Positions 1-6,719 of a DNA stretch of 7,683 bases are shown here, piece after piece. The notes beneath the pieces are model-generated. The model searched no databases and had not been told where the DNA came from. It saw nothing but the letters and a program-made list of their open reading frames with translations. The DNA is from Naegleria gruberi (Eukaryota): the NCBI GenBank assembly GCA_000004985.1, contig GG739119.1; one strand, 5' to 3'. Each line of letters opens with the position of its first letter. The first letter of the stretch is position 1. The position numbers and the translations under genes are program-made.

Positions 1-65
1 CGATATATGTTTTTTCAATAAATATACAACTCTATACATCCAATAATCTGTTACAGTTCTATAAA

Positions 66-71
66 CACGTG
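66..71. promoter_or_regulatory. CACGTG palindromic E-box (bHLH site, for example Cbf1/Pho4-type in fungi).
   Basis: The exact hexamer aaaCACGTGaag is seen. It lies about 920 nt upstream of the ATG at 990, so assignment to that gene is uncertain. It could serve a leftward or upstream gene outside the window. Confidence 0.25.
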
Positions 72-333
72 AAGTTTCACAATATCGATTTTAATTCACA
101 TATTCACGTCTTGGTGTCTAGAATTTATTCACATAGATACTCTCAGGGTCGAGGATGATGTTTCCCAAAACTTTAGCAATTTGAAGACATTTCAGTACCA
201 ATATATATATTTCTCATCTTGGAATTATTCATTTCTGTGAAGTATTTATCGTAAACAGCATATTTTCAGAATTAAATTTTAAGCTAAAAACACATGCACT
301 ATTTAGGAAGTATTAAAAAAAATAAATACGATG

Positions 334-356
334 AAATAAAAAAATAGCTTCTCTCA
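334..356 (+). repeat. Copy 1 of a 22-23 nt direct repeat AAATAAAAAA(A)TAGCTTCT(C/G)TCA. Copy 2 is at 520-541.
   Basis: Positions 334-356 read aaataaaaaaatagcttctctca. Positions 520-541 read aaataaaaaatagcttctgtca. They are identical apart from a 1-nt A-run length difference and one C/G mismatch, and lie about 185 bp apart in the region upstream of the 990 gene. Confidence 0.55.
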
Positions 357-519
357 GTTACTTTTAAATTTCATAAAGTTCAATAATTGAACACATGACA
401 TCTTTAAAAGATTCCTTCGTTGTGGCTGGAGGATTTTTTGAACTATCTGTGTACGCTTGGTTTTGGTATGAAATTGAATGAGTGTGATGGCTAACTTTCG
501 TTCTTAAGATAGAAGCAAA

Positions 520-541
520 AAATAAAAAATAGCTTCTGTCA
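520..541 (+). repeat. Copy 2 of the direct repeat AAATAAAAAATAGCTTCTGTCA.
   Basis: See copy 1. The TAGCTTCT core with flanking A-run is shared. Chance recurrence of about 21 of 22 nt within 1 kb is improbable even in AT-rich DNA. Confidence 0.55.
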
Positions 542-818
542 AATCGCGATAATTCATGTAGTAATGATATATTCCAAATATCAAAGGTTGGAATTGTTTC
601 TTCGATGTGGCAGATAATAATGTTTAATCTCAATCACAATTATAATGCATTTTTATTTACCAAAAACTTCCAAAAAATGGCAAAACCCTTTTGCTGTACT
701 GTTTGTGGAGTTACGAAAAAAGTTGATTCTTAAAGCATTTCTGGCTAATAATCAGAAAGTTACTTTACAAGGTCTGAAACATGGCTTTGGTTTTGGTTGT
801 TCAGAAAATTAAAAACTG

Positions 819-989
819 GTTGTTTTTTGTTTATTTTTTCCTTTCTCACCATTTTTCTTCACTTTCCGCCCCCCTGCCAATAATATTCAAAACTATTCAC
901 TTCACAATAATTATTCCACACACTTTTCATCAACAAGTTTTTTATTTTCAATTCAACAAAAAAATTTACATCACCAAAAACACAATAAA
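819..989 (+). promoter_or_regulatory. Putative core promoter and 5' leader of the 990 gene. A T-rich pyrimidine tract contains a short GC island and is followed by an A-rich leader.
   Basis: Sequence ttgttttttgtttattttttcctttctcaccatttttcttcactttCCGCCCCCCTGCC is followed by A-rich aacaaaaaaatttacatcaccaaaaacacaataaaATG. A poly(dT)/pyrimidine tract followed by an A-rich leader is typical of fungal promoters. No canonical TATAAA lies within 150 nt of the ATG. This is inference only. Confidence 0.3.
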
Positions 990-1474
990 ATGGTCAATAA
1001 CAAGAAGAATAACAAGAAAACATCAGCCATTGCTTCCGAAGTTGCTGGATCATCATCGAAACCATCATCAAAGAAGACCACCACAACAGCTCCTCCAGCA
1101 GCTCCTGTTGCTACAGAAGTAGTAGTTGAAAAAGTAGAAAAAGCCACACCAACAACAACAACAATAGAAAAGAAGCAAACAAAGAAGGCAACAACAACTA
1201 AAACAACACAAGAAAAGAAGAAGCCTGATGTTGCTGCTGATAAGAAGAGAAAATTGGATCAAGTTGTTGAAGAACCAGCTAAAAAGAAGGAAGAAACAAA
1301 GTCTTCTGCAGTAGTTGTTGAAAAATCATCAAAGAAACAAAAGAAAGAAACAAAGCCAGCAGTTGTTGTTGAAGAAGTAGAATCAAAGGAAGAAGAAGAA
1401 ACTGAAGTTGTTGTTGAAGATGANAAGGAAGAAAAGAAAAAGAACAAACGTAAGGAAGCCAAAACTGATATTGA
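990..1474 (+). CDS. N-terminal part of a lysine/glutamate/threonine/valine-rich low-complexity repeat protein. The 3' end is truncated by the N gap and the true extent is unknown. It may continue to the stop at 6474.
   Basis: ATG at 990 has an A-rich context (A at -3, aaaATGg). The frame stays open for 161 codons up to the gap. Translation is MVNNKKNNKKTSAIASEVAGSSSKPSSKKTTTT... with recurring (A/E)VVVE(K/E/D) units separated by K/E-rich spacers (EVVVEKVEK, AVVVEKSSKK, AVVVEEVESK, EVVVEDxKEEKKK). Codon usage is strongly biased (AAG, GAA, GTT, GCT, CCA, ACA, TCA) and unlike the flanking noncoding DNA. The antisense ORFs 1068..1262 and 1259..1462 are mirror artefacts of this low-complexity coding strand. 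Confidence 0.6.
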
Positions 1475-4400
1475 NNNNNNNNNNNNNNNNNNNNNNNNNN
1501 NNNNNNNNNNNNNNNNNNNNNNNNNNNNNNNNNNNNNNNNNNNNNNNNNNNNNNNNNNNNNNNNNNNNNNNNNNNNNNNNNNNNNNNNNNNNNNNNNNNN
1601 NNNNNNNNNNNNNNNNNNNNNNNNNNNNNNNNNNNNNNNNNNNNNNNNNNNNNNNNNNNNNNNNNNNNNNNNNNNNNNNNNNNNNNNNNNNNNNNNNNNN
1701 NNNNNNNNNNNNNNNNNNNNNNNNNNNNNNNNNNNNNNNNNNNNNNNNNNNNNNNNNNNNNNNNNNNNNNNNNNNNNNNNNNNNNNNNNNNNNNNNNNNN
1801 NNNNNNNNNNNNNNNNNNNNNNNNNNNNNNNNNNNNNNNNNNNNNNNNNNNNNNNNNNNNNNNNNNNNNNNNNNNNNNNNNNNNNNNNNNNNNNNNNNNN
1901 NNNNNNNNNNNNNNNNNNNNNNNNNNNNNNNNNNNNNNNNNNNNNNNNNNNNNNNNNNNNNNNNNNNNNNNNNNNNNNNNNNNNNNNNNNNNNNNNNNNN
2001 NNNNNNNNNNNNNNNNNNNNNNNNNNNNNNNNNNNNNNNNNNNNNNNNNNNNNNNNNNNNNNNNNNNNNNNNNNNNNNNNNNNNNNNNNNNNNNNNNNNN
2101 NNNNNNNNNNNNNNNNNNNNNNNNNNNNNNNNNNNNNNNNNNNNNNNNNNNNNNNNNNNNNNNNNNNNNNNNNNNNNNNNNNNNNNNNNNNNNNNNNNNN
2201 NNNNNNNNNNNNNNNNNNNNNNNNNNNNNNNNNNNNNNNNNNNNNNNNNNNNNNNNNNNNNNNNNNNNNNNNNNNNNNNNNNNNNNNNNNNNNNNNNNNN
2301 NNNNNNNNNNNNNNNNNNNNNNNNNNNNNNNNNNNNNNNNNNNNNNNNNNNNNNNNNNNNNNNNNNNNNNNNNNNNNNNNNNNNNNNNNNNNNNNNNNNN
2401 NNNNNNNNNNNNNNNNNNNNNNNNNNNNNNNNNNNNNNNNNNNNNNNNNNNNNNNNNNNNNNNNNNNNNNNNNNNNNNNNNNNNNNNNNNNNNNNNNNNN
2501 NNNNNNNNNNNNNNNNNNNNNNNNNNNNNNNNNNNNNNNNNNNNNNNNNNNNNNNNNNNNNNNNNNNNNNNNNNNNNNNNNNNNNNNNNNNNNNNNNNNN
2601 NNNNNNNNNNNNNNNNNNNNNNNNNNNNNNNNNNNNNNNNNNNNNNNNNNNNNNNNNNNNNNNNNNNNNNNNNNNNNNNNNNNNNNNNNNNNNNNNNNNN
2701 NNNNNNNNNNNNNNNNNNNNNNNNNNNNNNNNNNNNNNNNNNNNNNNNNNNNNNNNNNNNNNNNNNNNNNNNNNNNNNNNNNNNNNNNNNNNNNNNNNNN
2801 NNNNNNNNNNNNNNNNNNNNNNNNNNNNNNNNNNNNNNNNNNNNNNNNNNNNNNNNNNNNNNNNNNNNNNNNNNNNNNNNNNNNNNNNNNNNNNNNNNNN
2901 NNNNNNNNNNNNNNNNNNNNNNNNNNNNNNNNNNNNNNNNNNNNNNNNNNNNNNNNNNNNNNNNNNNNNNNNNNNNNNNNNNNNNNNNNNNNNNNNNNNN
3001 NNNNNNNNNNNNNNNNNNNNNNNNNNNNNNNNNNNNNNNNNNNNNNNNNNNNNNNNNNNNNNNNNNNNNNNNNNNNNNNNNNNNNNNNNNNNNNNNNNNN
3101 NNNNNNNNNNNNNNNNNNNNNNNNNNNNNNNNNNNNNNNNNNNNNNNNNNNNNNNNNNNNNNNNNNNNNNNNNNNNNNNNNNNNNNNNNNNNNNNNNNNN
3201 NNNNNNNNNNNNNNNNNNNNNNNNNNNNNNNNNNNNNNNNNNNNNNNNNNNNNNNNNNNNNNNNNNNNNNNNNNNNNNNNNNNNNNNNNNNNNNNNNNNN
3301 NNNNNNNNNNNNNNNNNNNNNNNNNNNNNNNNNNNNNNNNNNNNNNNNNNNNNNNNNNNNNNNNNNNNNNNNNNNNNNNNNNNNNNNNNNNNNNNNNNNN
3401 NNNNNNNNNNNNNNNNNNNNNNNNNNNNNNNNNNNNNNNNNNNNNNNNNNNNNNNNNNNNNNNNNNNNNNNNNNNNNNNNNNNNNNNNNNNNNNNNNNNN
3501 NNNNNNNNNNNNNNNNNNNNNNNNNNNNNNNNNNNNNNNNNNNNNNNNNNNNNNNNNNNNNNNNNNNNNNNNNNNNNNNNNNNNNNNNNNNNNNNNNNNN
3601 NNNNNNNNNNNNNNNNNNNNNNNNNNNNNNNNNNNNNNNNNNNNNNNNNNNNNNNNNNNNNNNNNNNNNNNNNNNNNNNNNNNNNNNNNNNNNNNNNNNN
3701 NNNNNNNNNNNNNNNNNNNNNNNNNNNNNNNNNNNNNNNNNNNNNNNNNNNNNNNNNNNNNNNNNNNNNNNNNNNNNNNNNNNNNNNNNNNNNNNNNNNN
3801 NNNNNNNNNNNNNNNNNNNNNNNNNNNNNNNNNNNNNNNNNNNNNNNNNNNNNNNNNNNNNNNNNNNNNNNNNNNNNNNNNNNNNNNNNNNNNNNNNNNN
3901 NNNNNNNNNNNNNNNNNNNNNNNNNNNNNNNNNNNNNNNNNNNNNNNNNNNNNNNNNNNNNNNNNNNNNNNNNNNNNNNNNNNNNNNNNNNNNNNNNNNN
4001 NNNNNNNNNNNNNNNNNNNNNNNNNNNNNNNNNNNNNNNNNNNNNNNNNNNNNNNNNNNNNNNNNNNNNNNNNNNNNNNNNNNNNNNNNNNNNNNNNNNN
4101 NNNNNNNNNNNNNNNNNNNNNNNNNNNNNNNNNNNNNNNNNNNNNNNNNNNNNNNNNNNNNNNNNNNNNNNNNNNNNNNNNNNNNNNNNNNNNNNNNNNN
4201 NNNNNNNNNNNNNNNNNNNNNNNNNNNNNNNNNNNNNNNNNNNNNNNNNNNNNNNNNNNNNNNNNNNNNNNNNNNNNNNNNNNNNNNNNNNNNNNNNNNN
4301 NNNNNNNNNNNNNNNNNNNNNNNNNNNNNNNNNNNNNNNNNNNNNNNNNNNNNNNNNNNNNNNNNNNNNNNNNNNNNNNNNNNNNNNNNNNNNNNNNNNN

Positions 4401-6157
4401 NNNNNNNNNNNNNNNNNNNNNNNNNNNNNNNNNNNNNNNNNNNNNNNNNNNNNNNNNNNNNNNNNNNNNNNNNNNNNNNNNNNNNNNNNNNNNNNNNNNN
4501 NNNNNNNNNNNNNNNNNNNNNNNNNNNNNNNNNNNNNNNNNNNNNNNNNNNNNNNNNNNNNNNNNNNNNNNNNNNNNNNNNNNNNNNNNNNNNNNNNNNN
4601 NNNNNNNNNNNNNNNNNNNNNNNNNNNNNNNNNNNNNNNNNNNNNNNNNNNNNNNNNNNNNNNNNNNNNNNNNNNNNNNNNNNNNNNNNNNNNNNNNNNN
4701 NNNNNNNNNNNNNNNNNNNNNNNNNNNNNNNNNNNNNNNNNNNNNNNNNNNNNNNNNNNNNNNNNNNNNNNNNNNNNNNNNNNNNNNNNNNNNNNNNNNN
4801 NNNNNNNNNNNNNNNNNNNNNNNNNNNNNNNNNNNNNNNNNNNNNNNNNNNNNNNNNNNNNNNNNNNNNNNNNNNNNNNNNNNNNNNNNNNNNNNNNNNN
4901 NNNNNNNNNNNNNNNNNNNNNNNNNNNNNNNNNNNNNNNNNNNNNNNNNNNNNNNNNNNNNNNNNNNNNNNNNNNNNNNNNNNNNNNNNNNNNNNNNNNN
5001 NNNNNNNNNNNNNNNNNNNNNNNNNNNNNNNNNNNNNNNNNNNNNNNNNNNNNNNNNNNNNNNNNNNNNNNNNNNNNNNNNNNNNNNNNNNNNNNNNNNN
5101 NNNNNNNNNNNNNNNNNNNNNNNNNNNNNNNNNNNNNNNNNNNNNNNNNNNNNNNNNNNNNNNNNNNNNNNNNNNNNNNNNNNNNNNNNNNNNNNNNNNN
5201 NNNNNNNNNNNNNNNNNNNNNNNNNNNNNNNNNNNNNNNNNNNNNNNNNNNNNNNNNNNNNNNNNNNNNNNNNNNNNNNNNNNNNNNNNNNNNNNNNNNN
5301 NNNNNNNNNNNNNNNNNNNNNNNNNNNNNNNNNNNNNNNNNNNNNNNNNNNNNNNNNNNNNNNNNNNNNNNNNNNNNNNNNNNNNNNNNNNNNNNNNNNN
5401 NNNNNNNNNNNNNNNNNNNNNNNNNNNNNNNNNNNNNNNNNNNNNNNNNNNNNNNNNNNNNNNNNNNNNNNNNNNNNNNNNNNNNNNNNNNNNNNNNNNN
5501 NNNNNNNNNNNNNNNNNNNNNNNNNNNNNNNNNNNNNNNNNNNNNNNNNNNNNNNNNNNNNNNNNNNNNNNNNNNNNNNNNNNNNNNNNNNNNNNNNNNN
5601 NNNNNNNNNNNNNNNNNNNNNNNNNNNNNNNNNNNNNNNNNNNNNNNNNNNNNNNNNNNNNNNNNNNNNNNNNNNNNNNNNNNNNNNNNNNNNNNNNNNN
5701 NNNNNNNNNNNNNNNNNNNNNNNNNNNNNNNNNNNNNNNNNNNNNNNNNNNNNNNNNNNNNNNNNNNNNNNNNNNNNNNNNNNNNNNNNNNNNNNNNNNN
5801 NNNNNNNNNNNNNNNNNNNNNNNNNNNNNNNNNNNNNNNNNNNNNNNNNNNNNNNNNNNNNNNNNNNNNNNNNNNNNNNNNNNNNNNNNNNNNNNNNNNN
5901 NNNNNNNNNNNNNNNNNNNNNNNNNNNNNNNNNNNNNNNNNNNNNNNNNNNNNNNNNNNNNNNNNNNNNNNNNNNNNNNNNNNNNNNNNNNNNNNNNNNN
6001 NNNNNNNNNNNNNNNNNNNNNNNNNNNNNNNNNNNNNNNNNNNNNNNNNNNNNNNNNNNNNNNNNNNNNNNNNNNNNNNNNNNNNNNNNNNNNNNNNNNN
6101 NNNNNNNNNNNNNNNNNNNNNNNNNNNNNNNNNNNNNNNNNNNNNNNNNNNNNNNNN
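1475..6157. other. Assembly or masking gap of 4683 consecutive N. Isolated single N positions lie at 1424 and 6295.
   Basis: The N run is directly visible. The long ORFs reported across it (990..6209, 1408..6474, 1279..6171 minus) are artefacts of translating N as X. Nothing inside the gap can be annotated. Confidence 0.98.
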
Positions 6158-6159
6158 TA

Positions 6160-6474
6160 GTTCCTATCCATCTCAGATCAGATCGAGAAATAGTAGAAAC
6201 TTTTATTAAGAATGTAAATTTATTTCTTTTTGATCCATCAAGTTTTCCTGATAGTCTATTGGAGGATAGTGAGTTTGTTTGGAGAATGATAGATNTGCGT
6301 CCTAATTTGATAAAAAAGTTTCCAAATCATGAATTTTTCAAAGAAAAGAAAATAATTCTCAAAATGATTTCTAAAAATATTCTCTGTAATGAAATTATTT
6401 CAAATGAACTTAGAGAGGACAGGGATATTAAATTGGCATTGATAAAAATAGGGAATTATCCATTCAAGGAATGA
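6160..6474 (+). CDS. C-terminal coding fragment, 5' partial and emerging from the gap, ending with TGA at 6472-6474. It is possibly the 3' end of the gene that starts at 990.
   Basis: A 105-codon open frame (window frame 1) runs immediately after the gap. It translates to VPIHLRSDREIVETFIKNVNLFLFDPSSFPDSLLEDSEFVWRMIDxRPNLIKKFPNHEFFKEKKIILKMISKNILCNEIISNELREDRDIKLALIKIGNYPFKE*. The composition is mixed and globular-like, not low-complexity. The other two forward frames close quickly (for example the 990 frame stops at 6209). It is followed by an AT-rich 3' region with TATATA. I do not recognise a domain family. Confidence 0.5.
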   Translation, partial: VPIHLRSDREIVETFIKNVNLFLFDPSSFPDSLLEDSEFVWRMIDXRPNLIKKFPNHEFFKEKKIILKMISKNILCNEIISNELREDRDIKLALIKIGNYPFKE

Positions 6475-6562
6475 AAGTAAAAGCTCAAAAACAAATTAAT
6501 GAAAGTGTGAATTTTTATTTGAAAAAAAATGAGGTTAAACCTGTGGTTATTTTCTCCATCGA

Positions 6563-6572
6563 TATAATATAT
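6563..6572 (+). promoter_or_regulatory. TATAATATAT element lying between two same-strand genes. It is a candidate 3'-end efficiency element for the upstream gene and/or TATA box for the downstream gene.
   Basis: Sequence gatataatatatgaaaag sits 89 nt after the stop at 6474 and about 150 nt before the ATG at 6720. In budding yeast, TATATA-type elements act as mRNA 3'-end efficiency elements and TATA boxes lie roughly 40-150 nt upstream of start sites. This is established knowledge applied by inference and depends on the yeast-like assumption. Confidence 0.3.
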
Positions 6573-6679
6573 GAAAAGGAGATATTTGAACCTCTGATAG
6601 TTTTACAAGCCTAGTTTGTGTGGTTAAAATTTGAAAGACTAAGGCTTTCCAAAAAGGGTTAAAATTGATATCTTTCTGA

Positions 6680-6709
6680 TGCGTCGACCGGGAATTGAAC
6701 CCGGGAACT
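6680..6709 (-). pseudogene. tRNA 3'-half-like fragment. It has a variable loop, T-arm, 3' acceptor strand and discriminator, but no 5' half.
   Basis: Minus strand reads agttc-CCGGG-TTCAATT-CCCGG-TCGACGC-A. The 5-bp T-stem is perfect (CCGGG/CCCGG with a G53-C61 closing pair). The 7-nt T-loop TTCAATT matches T54-T55-C56-R57-A58-N-N. A 7-nt 3' acceptor strand and discriminator A follow. Minus-strand upstream sequence (gtggagacatttttt-gaggt) has a T6 run where the anticodon loop would be and cannot form an anticodon stem. No GCGTCGA partner for the acceptor strand exists in the readable window. On the minus strand a TTTT lies 16 nt downstream of the 3' end (AAAA at 6661-6664 on +). Confidence 0.45.
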
Positions 6710-6719
6710 ACCTCAAAAA

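Noticed and set aside
150-165. GGATGATGT resembling a C-box (RUGAUGA) of a C/D snoRNA
   Set aside because: No CTGA D-box with a terminal stem is found within 60-200 nt downstream on the same strand. It is a single weak motif only.
364-633. 89-aa minus-strand ORF
   Set aside because: It is short and sits in a region of ordinary intergenic composition. It has no signal of codon bias or a recognisable motif, and it overlaps both copies of the direct repeat. It is probably a chance ORF, though I cannot exclude a small gene.
781-1122. 113-aa +strand ORF (MALVLVVQKIKNWLFFVYFFLSHHF...)
   Set aside because: It lies in the T-rich promoter or leader and runs out of frame into the 990 gene. Its composition is homopolymer-driven (F/L/Q runs from T-rich and CAA/CAG-rich DNA) and it has poor start context. 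It is most likely a spurious ORF in pyrimidine-rich DNA.
1068-1462. Minus-strand ORFs 1068..1262 and 1259..1462 (C/L/F/S-rich)
   Set aside because: They are antisense shadows of the K/E/T/V-rich +strand coding repeat. Reverse-complemented AAG/GAA/ACA codons give CTT/TTC/TGT, producing C/F/L/S-rich pseudo-proteins.
1279-6474. Very large ORFs spanning the N run (990..6209 +, 1408..6474 +, 1279..6171 -)
   Set aside because: They are open only because N translates to X. Their lengths and frames carry no information. Only the readable flanks (990-1474 and 6160-6474) were annotated.
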